DNA of 17,499 bases. Origin: Candidatus Micrarchaeota archaeon (GTDB taxonomy: Archaea; Micrarchaeota; Micrarchaeia; Anstonellales; Anstonellaceae). Positions 1 through 8,325 of the stretch are shown here, piece after piece. Below the pieces are notes generated by a model. It was given only the letters and a program-made list of their open reading frames with translations, did no database searches and was not told the origin of the DNA. The position numbers were made by a program, and so were the translations under genes. The stretch covers positions 681 to 18,179 of the forward strand of contig DUFS01000021.1 in NCBI GenBank assembly GCA_013331805.1, in the 5' to 3' direction. Positions within the stretch are counted from its first letter, which is position 1, and each line of letters opens with the position of its first letter.

Positions 1-1
1 G

Positions 2-2665
2 CCAGACTACGTAGTGTCAATTGCAGCGCCCGCAAGCGCAACAGTGGGCGTGCCCTTCCCTTTCAGGATAACCACTAGGAACAGCGGGACTGCCGGGACG
101 TCCATAAATTCCGTTACCCGTGCCACCATGGTCGGAAACCTTGTGAGGGATTATGCCGTGCCAGGGCTCGGAGTGGGACTGACCAGCCAGAACGATGACT
201 TTTTCGAGTGTTTCTCAGCAGGCATATACACCATGTATGCACAAGCCGACTACAGCGCGATCAATCCCAACGGCACGATAAGCGAGCTCAACGAAACCAA
301 CAACGGGGATTCGAAAGAAATCTTGTGCATCAATCCACAGCCCCTGCCTGATTACATGCCTCAAGCCTCGCCGCCTTCTTACGCTTATGTGGGGGTTCCC
401 TTTACCGTGCAGGTTAACACTACAAATATTGGCGCAGGCGGTGCGAACGCATCTTCAAGGACCTGGGTGGGCTTTGGCTCTTCCCTGCAATACATCAGCG
501 TATCTCCGCTTGCTTCGGGCTCCAAGCAAACGAATACAGCCACCTTCACCTGCATGTCTGAAGGATTAACGCAGTTTGCCGTGAGGGTGGATGCAGATGG
601 CGCAGTCAACGAATCCAACGAGAACAACAACCTCTTTACACAAGATGTGCAATGTCTCCCTCCAGGCAATCCACCAAATTATATTGCAATAATCAGCAAT
701 GCGCCCTCCTCCGTCATGGTGGGCATATCCTTCAATGTCAATATAACCACAATCAACAACGGAGGTTCTGACGCAGAATCTGACTCTACAACGCAGGTGA
801 ATTTCAGCGGATCCTCCCAAAACATAGGGGTGCGCGCCCTGGAAGTCAGCCAGGTCTACACCCGCACAGTTTCCCTATCTTGTACAGGCGCGGGAATCAG
901 GCCAATAACCGCGCAGGCGGACGCATTTAACACCATAAACGAATCCGACGAGGGCGACAACATTGCGAGCGTGGACGTGAATTGCGAGTCCTCTGCGCCC
1001 TCCTACTGCGAGCTTGCATTCATAAACCATTCCTCCAATCTGCTGCAGGGCGATTCAGCCAAAGTGAGGGCAAGCTGCTTCAACTCCGGAGGGACCCAGG
1101 TGGACTGCAGCCAGCTTTCCTGGTCGCACAACGCGAATGCCGTGAATGTCACTCCTGCAAGCACGCCGATCGGCTTTGCCCCAGAGGTCGTACTGTCAGC
1201 TTCGCCTACTGCCCCAGTTCCCCAGACCGGAAGGACGCTCACTGCAGCCGGATCAGGCTATTCATGCTTTGTCCAGTTCAGCGTGGACACGGATCCGAAC
1301 CCAGTGAGATGCTCTCTTGAAATAGCGGACCACTCCAACACGTTTGTGCCCGGAGATTCTGCTATCGTTCGGGCAAGCTGTTTCAACACCGGTGGCAGCC
1401 AGGTTTCCTGCCCCTCATTTTCCTGGTTCCAAAACGCCATCAATTCAACAATTTATCCCTCCAACACCAGCCCTTCGACAAATCCAGAAACCAATTTGTC
1501 TGTGTTAGCCAACGCCAAGCCCCAGACTAACAGGATGGCAATGGCTTCCTCGAGCGGCTTAGGCTTCAGCTGCATTGCCAACTTCAGCATCTCCGCAAGC
1601 CCGTACGAGGACCTCGTCATTTCCTGCGGTCTGAGGAACCACGGCCTTATCTTCTACCCAGGCGAGTCGGCAATAGTGGAGGCAAATTGCAGCATTGGAA
1701 AAAAGGACGATGAATACTGCCCCACGCTCAACTGGAGCGTGGCCAACCTTACGATGGCGAGCCTAAACCCGGTCCAGACCCCTCCAGGCGAATCTCCCCG
1801 GATGAGCCTGTTTTCCATTTCAAGCGCAGCGCCCACGCCGCAGAACGGAAGGGTTGAGGTGTCCTGTGCCAACCCTGCCGAATGCAGCGCCAGCTGCTCG
1901 ATCGGGCTTATAGGGGTATATCCACCACCCGACCTGATGCTTTGCAGCCTGGTGAACCACTCCACAGGAAACCTCTTCACCCCGAACGACTGGTCGTACG
2001 TTCAGGCAAGCTGCTTTAGGCAAAACGAAGGGGAGGCGTTTGTGCTGGAAGGCAGCCCTAAAGCTCCTGGCGGTCCTTCCAGGACGCCGACAGCCTGCCC
2101 TGACATCAACTGGTTCACCAACATCAGCCAAGGTTACTTGGAGCCGTCCTTTACGCCCTCGCAGTTCACCCCGCTCACCAACTTCTCAACAAGGGACGCG
2201 CCCTACCCCCAGCGCGGAGTAATAGATGCTGTTAGCGCCAACCAGCTGGTTCGCAACCTCCGCTGCGCGGTTCCGCTTATTTCCTCTGTAGGGCAGATAG
2301 GGCCGGATTATGTGGTCACACAGGTAAAGCCCGAAAGCCTCCTTAACAAAATAGGGGAATATTTCAAGGTGGAGGTGCGGGTGAAGAACATCGGCAACCA
2401 GAACACTTCCAACACTTCAGCCACTGCGCTCCTTGGCAACTGTTCCGCGCCATTCGCAATAAGGAGAATACCCGGCCTCAAAGCCGGCGAGGAATACATT
2501 GATTTTGGCTTCACCTGCCTATGCTCCACCCCCAACCGCAACACATTCGGCGCTGAGGCTGATTTCTACGACGACGTACTGGAATCCAACGAAGGCAACA
2601 ACGAGGCTTACGGTGTTTACTGGTGCGGATTTTCCGCCACACCTGTCTGCAGCGATTTCGTGTGA
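2..2665 (+). CDS. Large secreted/surface protein, 5'-truncated: 3 CARDB-like Ig domains, 4 Cys-rich repeats, 1 C-terminal CARDB-like domain
   Basis: The frame is open to the window edge (PDYVVSIAAP). CARDB-type signatures recur: PDY/PNY starts and ISELNETNN, VDADGAVNESNENNN, ADAFNTINESDEGDN, ADFYDDVLESNEGNN. The protein is Ser/Thr/Asn-rich with many N-x-S/T sequons. Confidence 0.8.
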   Translation, partial: PDYVVSIAAPASATVGVPFPFRITTRNSGTAGTSINSVTRATMVGNLVRDYAVPGLGVGLTSQNDDFFECFSAGIYTMYAQADYSAINPNGTISELNETNNGDSKEILCINPQPLPDYMPQASPPSYAYVGVPFTVQVNTTNIGAGGANASSRTWVGFGSSLQYISVSPLASGSKQTNTATFTCMSEGLTQFAVRVDADGAVNESNENNNLFTQDVQCLPPGNPPNYIAIISNAPSSVMVGISFNVNITTINNGGSDAESDSTTQVNFSGSSQNIGVRALEVSQVYTRTVSLSCTGAGIRPITAQADAFNTINESDEGDNIASVDVNCESSAPSYCELAFINHSSNLLQGDSAKVRASCFNSGGTQVDCSQLSWSHNANAVNVTPASTPIGFAPEVVLSASPTAPVPQTGRTLTAAGSGYSCFVQFSVDTDPNPVRCSLEIADHSNTFVPGDSAIVRASCFNTGGSQVSCPSFSWFQNAINSTIYPSNTSPSTNPETNLSVLANAKPQTNRMAMASSSGLGFSCIANFSISASPYEDLVISCGLRNHGLIFYPGESAIVEANCSIGKKDDEYCPTLNWSVANLTMASLNPVQTPPGESPRMSLFSISSAAPTPQNGRVEVSCANPAECSASCSIGLIGVYPPPDLMLCSLVNHSTGNLFTPNDWSYVQASCFRQNEGEAFVLEGSPKAPGGPSRTPTACPDINWFTNISQGYLEPSFTPSQFTPLTNFSTRDAPYPQRGVIDAVSANQLVRNLRCAVPLISSVGQIGPDYVVTQVKPESLLNKIGEYFKVEVRVKNIGNQNTSNTSATALLGNCSAPFAIRRIPGLKAGEEYIDFGFTCLCSTPNRNTFGAEADFYDDVLESNEGNNEAYGVYWCGFSATPVCSDFV

Positions 2666-2708
2666 AGCGCCGAATTCTACATGCAAAGCCTTACAAATAC
2701 CACCATTA

Positions 2709-2717
2709 TTATAAATA
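2709..2717 (+). promoter_or_regulatory. TATA box for the ORF starting at 2739
   Basis: TTATAAATA lies 22-30 bp upstream of ATG 2739 in an AT-rich intergenic gap. Confidence 0.6.
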
Positions 2718-2738
2718 ACGTCTGAAATATCATCCCGT

Positions 2739-3380
2739 ATGCAGCCCTTGCTCAACCTGCCGTTCATGAAAAAGCCGGCAGGCGGAAAATCAGAGCAGCC
2801 AGCCCATTCTTCGGTTTCGCCCGCCTCGCCAACCGATGACGAGGTCAGGCTCAAGCTCTACAAGCTCATAATCGAACGCTACCGCGACAAGATAGAGGAA
2901 TACGAAACCAAGTCGGTGTCTGAGCTGAAGTCCCTCATCCAGCCGCACGATCAGAAAATAACCTCGCTTCGGGACTCGATAACCGCCGAGTTCCATCCCT
3001 ACGTTTACGAAGAGCATTTCCTGGAGGCTGCAAAAAGCGCATTTGCGCACATCTCCTCCTTCAGGACTATTCCCGCCCCGGTCTCCTTTTGGCTTTCCTT
3101 TCCGGAAATGCAGGAGATAATGGCAGGGGACGAAATAGACAAGTCGATCGTGCTTTGCTCGCTCCTCCGTTCCTTGGGCTCGGAAAGCGCCAAGGTTTTC
3201 GTCACAGACACGCGCAACTCATATGTCCTGTTCCAGTTCTCCTCCAAAAGCTATGTGGCTGACCACTCGCAGCGCGAACTTCTGGAATTCGATTCGGGGC
3301 AAAATGCGATGCAGTGCCTCAAGGGCAGGATTCTCTACTCGATAAACGACAGGGAGTACGAGGACTTCCAGGAGGGCTGA
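2739..3380 (+). CDS. Transglutaminase-like fold protein, probably catalytically inactive
   Basis: FWLSFPEMQEIMAGDEIDKSIVLCSLLRSLG resembles the TGase-like pattern W..P.E......GDCxDxAILLxSLLRAxG, with Glu at the Cys position. Confidence 0.55.
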   Translation: MQPLLNLPFMKKPAGGKSEQPAHSSVSPASPTDDEVRLKLYKLIIERYRDKIEEYETKSVSELKSLIQPHDQKITSLRDSITAEFHPYVYEEHFLEAAKSAFAHISSFRTIPAPVSFWLSFPEMQEIMAGDEIDKSIVLCSLLRSLGSESAKVFVTDTRNSYVLFQFSSKSYVADHSQRELLEFDSGQNAMQCLKGRILYSINDREYEDFQEG

Positions 3381-3453
3381 CGCTGGGAAAAAGCATTAAA
3401 AGCACATGCCCTCCAAGAACAAACCTTTGTTTAATGCTAATTTGGTGGTTTTC

Positions 3454-3621
3454 ATGTCAACCCTGTCGAGATTCGAAATCGCAAGGATAATCGGCGCACG
3501 CGCGCTGCAGCTCTCATACGGGGCCCCTCCGCTGCTCGAGGTGAATGTTGGAGAGTCAGCTGTCCAGGTGGCCAAAAGGGAGCTTGACACCGGTGTCATC
3601 CCTCTCGTCGTGATGCGGTAA
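3454..3621 (+). CDS. rpoK: DNA-directed RNA polymerase subunit K (Rpo6)
   Basis: LSRFEIARIIGARALQLSYGAPPL and AKREL..GVIPL are the Rpo6/RPB6 signature. ATG 3454 follows a TTTAAT box at about 3430. Confidence 0.95.
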   Translation: MSTLSRFEIARIIGARALQLSYGAPPLLEVNVGESAVQVAKRELDTGVIPLVVMR

Positions 3622-3699
3622 AGATAAGGCGGGCTTGCGTGCCTGCGGACACGAATTCTTTTCTCGTCGCTGCCCGAAAAGACGGCCAGATGCAAGTCC

Positions 3700-4353
3700 T
3701 CACTCTTTCTCTTGCTCAAAATCAAGAAGCTTCTTCTGCTTTTCCACGCGAAGGGTCGACCATTTTGTCCTCAAATAGGGCTCGAGCGCGGGATAGGCTT
3801 TCCGGTTGTGCACGAATTTCTGCGTCATGGGATCGGACGTGTAGCCCGAGTTGAAGTCCAGCCCGGTCTCCTTTTTAATCCGCTCAATCTCACGGTCGCG
3901 GGTGACTTTCGCAATTATCGAAGCCGCCCCCACAATCACATAGGTGTCGTCAGCCTTGTTTTCGCAGACGAGCTTTACCCTGCCTTTCATATACTTCTCT
4001 ATCCTTTTTCCGAATTTCGCAGGAACGTTGTCAGGCGAGTCCACGTATGCGGTCGCATTGTGCAGTCCCAGCTGGTCGATTGCAAGCGCGACTTTCATTG
4101 CCTCTATCTCATTGAGGTTGTGCCGCTCCATCAGGCTGTTTATCTCCTCTGCGGTTATTTTCACAGTGGTGTACTTGCAGAGCCTGCCCACCTTGCCATA
4201 CAGCCCTTCCCGCTGGCGGGCGGTCAGCTTTTTGGAATCCTTCACTCCAAGTTCCTTCAGCTTGTACTCGTCGAGGGGATTGATTGCAGCCGCGCAGATC
4301 ACCATTGGTCCGATAATGCAGCCCCTGCCGGCCTCGTCAATCCCGATAATCAC
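3700..4353 (-). CDS. rnhB: Ribonuclease HII
   Basis: Motifs GIDEAGRG..IGPMV, GVKDSKKL, KADD, AASIIAKVTRD and SGYTSDP are present, with a C-terminal PIP-box-like QKKLLDF. The GTG start at 4353 follows an SD-like GGAGTGG. Confidence 0.95.
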   Translation of the reverse strand: MIIGIDEAGRGCIIGPMVICAAAINPLDEYKLKELGVKDSKKLTARQREGLYGKVGRLCKYTTVKITAEEINSLMERHNLNEIEAMKVALAIDQLGLHNATAYVDSPDNVPAKFGKRIEKYMKGRVKLVCENKADDTYVIVGAASIIAKVTRDREIERIKKETGLDFNSGYTSDPMTQKFVHNRKAYPALEPYLRTKWSTLRVEKQKKLLDFEQEKE

Positions 4354-4372
4354 TGAAAATCCACTCCAGTTT

Positions 4373-4600
4373 TTATTCCACTTCGATGTCCTTGACCACC
4401 ACTGCATCCGACTGCTTCCCGTCGTGTATTTCGATGCTGGCCCCTGGGAACTTGTCATGTAGGTAGGAGACTATTTCCATCTTGGAAACGCTGATCCCCT
4501 TTCCCACAACCAGCCTTATGATCAGCACCCTGCTTCCCGATGCGGCGCCCTTGATGGTGGCTTCGATTTCCTCCACCAGTGCCGAGCTTCCGTCTCCCAT
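4373..4600 (-). CDS. HypA/HybF-like small protein lacking the zinc-finger domain and the MHE nickel site
   Basis: N-terminal helix, RVLIIRLVVG strand, GASIEI and terminal VKDIEVE match the HypA nickel-domain pattern. The protein has no Cys. A TATA-like ATTTAAATAA lies at 4630-4621. Confidence 0.6.
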   Translation of the reverse strand: MGDGSSALVEEIEATIKGAASGSRVLIIRLVVGKGISVSKMEIVSYLHDKFPGASIEIHDGKQSDAVVVKDIEVE

Positions 4601-4646
4601 GTAGGTTTTCCGAGCGAGAATTATTTAAATTCGCTGAAAGCCCGGG

Positions 4647-5882
4647 CTAAAACTCGGTTATCCTGCGCTGCAGCAGCACCTTGCTCCTCTTCACGTACTC
4701 CTTTATCGGAACAGATAGTTTTTCCGAAAGATGCGCAAGCGCCTTTTCCCCTGACTCGAATTTCTCAGGTGGCTTGAGGAACGCATGCCGCACGTTTTCC
4801 CGAACCTCCCATACTCCCACCGGAACATCGTAGCCGGTGCCTATTTCGCGGAAGACTATTGCCCGCGCCTGCCTCCTCATCCTGTAAAGCGCCTCGCAGA
4901 CAGCAAAGCGCGCGGCATAGTAGCCACCTCCCTGGCTTTCGGCATATTCCGTCCTGCCAATGAAAAGCTCGTGTTCCTCGGAAATATTTATCCTGCCGTC
5001 GTATTTCCAATCTGCCCAGGAGGATGTGGAATAGGAAAGCGCTGCGCGGTCCTGCATTTTTTTCTTCCGCTCCTCAAGCTCGCGGGTCAGAGCGGTTTCG
5101 AACTGCTCGTATTCCCAGCTGCCGGGAAGAAGCAATATTTCAAAATGGTTGTCAAGGTAGGTGTTCGAAAAAACAAGCGGCAGCTCAAGCTCCCTGCAGT
5201 CGCGGATTGATTCCATGTATTGCTTTGACGCTATGTCGTCAGTTGCGGTTATTGCCCATTTTGTCGGCACCAGCTTCCGGTTTTCGTGCCTTCCAAGTAT
5301 TCCCGAGGTCAAAAGCTTGGAAAGGTAGTGCACGTCAAAGCCTTCGAGCAATAGCTCGGAAAGCGCCTCCTGCGCCAGAACCCCGTCCTCATGAAGCTCG
5401 TCCACCTTTTTCGGTATCACAGGATTGTCCGCAACCTTGAATTTCTCGATGGGTGCCGATGCGCCCACCGGATGGGCAATGTCGTCCAATTCCAGTGAGA
5501 AAACCGGCGTCTTGGTGAACCGTGATTCCGAATCAACAGGCTTTATGCTCATCACAGCCTGCTGCGCCTCGTCAAGCAGCCTGCTCACCTCTTTTACGCC
5601 CGATCGCTTCATGCCGCGCACCATGGAAGCGCGAGTCTCGATGATCTTCTCCATGCTCATGCCGTACATTTCCGATGGGTCGTCAGCCACCATTTGCTCG
5701 GACACGAGCGGCCCCCAGTAAACCTTGGGGTAGAAATTGTGCCCGACGAAAAGGAAAGGCGGCGATGGCCCGAACATCTCCCGCTTGAGACCGGGCTGCA
5801 GCCTTGCCTTGATTTCCAGGGCGGCGTTGTGCGGGCACCACACCCTTCCCTGTTTCCTGCAGTTGTCGCACAGCTTGTTCAT
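4647..5882 (-). CDS. Nre-family archaeal DNA repair protein (PCNA-interacting)
   Basis: N-terminal CxxC, FGPSPP.LFVG...YPKV..GPL, RKLVPTKWAITATDD, GGYYAARFAV.EAL, PVGVWEVRENVR and a C-terminal PIP box QRRITEF. Confidence 0.9.
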   Translation of the reverse strand: MNKLCDNCRKQGRVWCPHNAALEIKARLQPGLKREMFGPSPPFLFVGHNFYPKVYWGPLVSEQMVADDPSEMYGMSMEKIIETRASMVRGMKRSGVKEVSRLLDEAQQAVMSIKPVDSESRFTKTPVFSLELDDIAHPVGASAPIEKFKVADNPVIPKKVDELHEDGVLAQEALSELLLEGFDVHYLSKLLTSGILGRHENRKLVPTKWAITATDDIASKQYMESIRDCRELELPLVFSNTYLDNHFEILLLPGSWEYEQFETALTRELEERKKKMQDRAALSYSTSSWADWKYDGRINISEEHELFIGRTEYAESQGGGYYAARFAVCEALYRMRRQARAIVFREIGTGYDVPVGVWEVRENVRHAFLKPPEKFESGEKALAHLSEKLSVPIKEYVKRSKVLLQRRITEF

Positions 5883-5904
5883 CGGCAATTTTTGCGACTT
5901 GAGC

Positions 5905-5913
5905 AATTAAAAA
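5905..5913. promoter_or_regulatory. Shared AT box between divergent nre and dph5 (probable bidirectional TATA)
   Basis: AATTAAAAA is centred in a 54-bp gap, about 23-32 bp from both ATG 5882 (-) and ATG 5937 (+). Confidence 0.5.
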
Positions 5914-5936
5914 CAGTTGCTGACCTATCTGCCGGT

Positions 5937-6701
5937 ATGGAAAATGGCAAGCTGTATCTTGTCGGGCTGGGCATATCCGACGAAAAGGGGACTTCGCTTC
6001 AGGGCTTGCAAAAGCTGAAAGAATGCTGGAAAATATACGCAGAAAGCTACACCAACCTCCTGCCAGAAGGGACTCTTGCCCGGCTGGAAAAGCTCGTCGG
6101 AAAGCCAATCGAGATTTTGTCACGGGAGCAGGTGGAAGGGGAAAAGGAAATTCTGCAATCTGCCTCCTCCGCCCCCACCGCGCTTGTGGTTTCAGGGGAT
6201 CCCATGATAGCAACCACTCACATTTCGCTTGTCCTTGCCGCAAAAAAGAAGGGAATTCAAACGGAAATAATCCACGCATCCTCAATTCTTTCAGCTGCAA
6301 TCGGGGAATCCGGCTTGCAGGCATACAAGTTCGGAAAAACCACCACCCTTGCATACTGGCGCGAGAACTACAAGCCCATGGCTGCCTATGACACGATCGC
6401 TGAAAATCTCTCGCGCGGCCTGCACACCCTTCTCCTTCTCGACATAGATGAAAAGCTCGGCCCCATGCCGCCATCTGAAGCCGCGCGAATCCTTTTGGAA
6501 ATGGAAAAGCAGGGGAAAAAGGGGATGCTCACGCTTGAAACTAAAGTGGTTCTTCTGCAAGGGGTTTCGTATGGTGGCGAACAAAGGAAGGTATTTGCGC
6601 CGCTACTTGCATTTTCACAAATGTCCGCAATGCGTCCGTGCGTTTTAATACTTCCAGGTGCTCTGCACTTTTTGGAGGAGGAGTTCCTTCAGTCGCTTTA
6701 G
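5937..6701 (+). CDS. dph5: Diphthine synthase (diphthamide biosynthesis methyltransferase)
   Basis: Motifs LYLVGLGI, YAESYT, LVVSGDPMIATTH, SGLQAYKFGKTTT, GLHTLLLLDI and LILPGALHFLEEEFL. Confidence 0.95.
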   Translation: MENGKLYLVGLGISDEKGTSLQGLQKLKECWKIYAESYTNLLPEGTLARLEKLVGKPIEILSREQVEGEKEILQSASSAPTALVVSGDPMIATTHISLVLAAKKKGIQTEIIHASSILSAAIGESGLQAYKFGKTTTLAYWRENYKPMAAYDTIAENLSRGLHTLLLLDIDEKLGPMPPSEAARILLEMEKQGKKGMLTLETKVVLLQGVSYGGEQRKVFAPLLAFSQMSAMRPCVLILPGALHFLEEEFLQSL

Positions 6702-8214
6702 TTTCTGGGTAGTACCTGCCCTTCCTTATCCTTTCCGCCCAGCCTTTTCTGCCGCCTTCCATGGCATCAGGGAACTTTTTCTTCAGGTAAAAGTCATAAA
6801 GCTCGACTGCCTTGCTAGTGTTCTTATCAATGCTGTTTTTGGTGCCCTTGAAAGAAAAGAAAACGACCCTGCGCATCCAGGGATTGGCAAGCGTCTGCGA
6901 CTGCTCAATCTCCGCATTCTGCCCGATGAGTTTTTCCACAATCTTTCTTGCCCTGTTCACATCCTTGCTCTTCCTTCCGTCAAGATGCGGTATCTCTATG
7001 AGAAAGTGCCCACGCCCCTCATGGTAAGCTATCATGACAGGAGATCCCTGGTTGGGGCATTCTTTAAGAAGCTTCCAGGAAAACTCCCGTTTTCCTACCA
7101 TCACCAGCCCTTTCTCAAATACCTTAAGGTCATTCTCGGCTATCCCGCGTAGCTGCAGTGCGCATCCTGGGTCTTTGGATAGCAGCTCAATCTGCCTTAA
7201 CAACAATTCGGTTGTAAACCACGAAATCTTGGGGTCGTAAAACGCCATCATGCTCATTTTCAGGACAATTTTCTCCATGATGCTCTTTTTTTGCTCCTTG
7301 TCGACAATTGTATTGATCTCCCACCCGTTGTTTATCAGGTCCCGGGTCTTGGTCCTCTGCGTTTGCAGTCTCGTCACCACTCTCCTGCTCAAATAGCGTT
7401 CGAAATCCACAGCCCAATGGTGGCCGTATTTCTTAGCCTTGTCCCTGGTCACCATGAACACATTCGTGGAAATCTCATCAGAATAAAGCATCTTCAATAC
7501 CCGATACTGTTCCACCGAAGTCCTGATCTCAGCCAGTTTGATCCCGCCGCTCTTTGTCTGCTGGGGAAGCACGAAGCGCACTCCTGGAAGGTCCCTCGCG
7601 TCCTCCTTTAAATCATGCAATAGGTCGCCAACCACGTTGTCATATTTGTTCCAGCCGTAAATCGGCCCCATAAAAGCTGCAATAAGCCCTGACCTCAACA
7701 GATGCGACCTCATCAAATGCCGCCTTGAGGTTTTCGGATCCACGCTTTTTCTGGGCTCCCTCCCATAACAAAGCTTAATGTGGCAGAAGGCAAGCTCCAC
7801 CTTCAGCATTCCCTCAAGTTCCCTATACCCCACGCGCTCTTTTGGATGCAGGGTGACAAACGCCAGAATCTCACGTGTCTGCTCAAGCTTACTCACAATC
7901 TGCAGGAAAAGTTCCCTTGTATTCCTCCTTGAAAGACTGATACCAGTCTTTTCTTCAAAATTTTTTTTGCTGTAGCCAAGTTCCTTGCGGGTCCTATTCT
8001 CAAGCTTCGGGCAGTCGAAAATATTCAGCCTTTTAATCACTCGCCGCTGCCATGCTTCATCCGCTGTTGGGGTCAACTTGTCCAACTCGAAAAAATACCT
8101 TCTTGACTCCAACAATCCCGCACGGCCAGCGCGTGTGACTTTCTTCGTGCTTTCGCTCACAGCGATGGCTTCCCCACTTCCATTCTTCTTCACTAATTGC
8201 CGCAGATGGAACAC
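6541..8214 (-). CDS. HD-domain protein of the RelA/SpoT/Mesh1 hydrolase type with uncharacterised N- and C-terminal extensions
   Basis: The motif order RKS...H...LLHDLKED...YSDEIS.NV..VTR...KTRDLINN parallels RKSG...H...LLHDVVED...FG.EVA.LV..VTK...KLADRLHN. No synthetase motifs are visible. GTG start. The last 161 bp overlap dph5 on the opposite strand. Confidence 0.7.
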   Translation of the reverse strand: MFHLRQLVKKNGSGEAIAVSESTKKVTRAGRAGLLESRRYFFELDKLTPTADEAWQRRVIKRLNIFDCPKLENRTRKELGYSKKNFEEKTGISLSRRNTRELFLQIVSKLEQTREILAFVTLHPKERVGYRELEGMLKVELAFCHIKLCYGREPRKSVDPKTSRRHLMRSHLLRSGLIAAFMGPIYGWNKYDNVVGDLLHDLKEDARDLPGVRFVLPQQTKSGGIKLAEIRTSVEQYRVLKMLYSDEISTNVFMVTRDKAKKYGHHWAVDFERYLSRRVVTRLQTQRTKTRDLINNGWEINTIVDKEQKKSIMEKIVLKMSMMAFYDPKISWFTTELLLRQIELLSKDPGCALQLRGIAENDLKVFEKGLVMVGKREFSWKLLKECPNQGSPVMIAYHEGRGHFLIEIPHLDGRKSKDVNRARKIVEKLIGQNAEIEQSQTLANPWMRRVVFFSFKGTKNSIDKNTSKAVELYDFYLKKKFPDAMEGGRKGWAERIRKGRYYPETKATEGTPPPKSAEHLEVLKRTDALRTFVKMQVAAQIPSFVRHHTKPLAEEPL

Positions 8215-8325
8215 CCTAATGGTATTGGTATTACACAGTAAGACTGTTTCTTACACATCTAGTCGCTTCCCCTTAATAAGCGTTTCTACTTCGCCGGTGG
8301 TCAAAACTTGCAAAAGCAGGGGGGC

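Noticed and set aside
3645..3655. 11-bp matches between intergenic regions (GCGGACACGAA at 3645 and 17451; CAAACCGCTGG at 12134 and 17329)
   Set aside because: Dozens of 11-mer matches are expected by chance in 17.5 kb, and these do not extend.
4354..4458. N-terminal extension of RNase HII in the ORF track
   Set aside because: It overlaps the HypA-like gene. The family normally starts just before GIDEAGRG, and GTG 4353 has an SD.
3712..4462. 214-aa and 172-aa + strand ORFs
   Set aside because: They are antisense to the clearly identified rnhB.
5694..5936. N-terminal extension of Dph5 in the ORF track
   Set aside because: It overlaps nre. Homology starts at ATG 5937, which has a TATA at the right distance.
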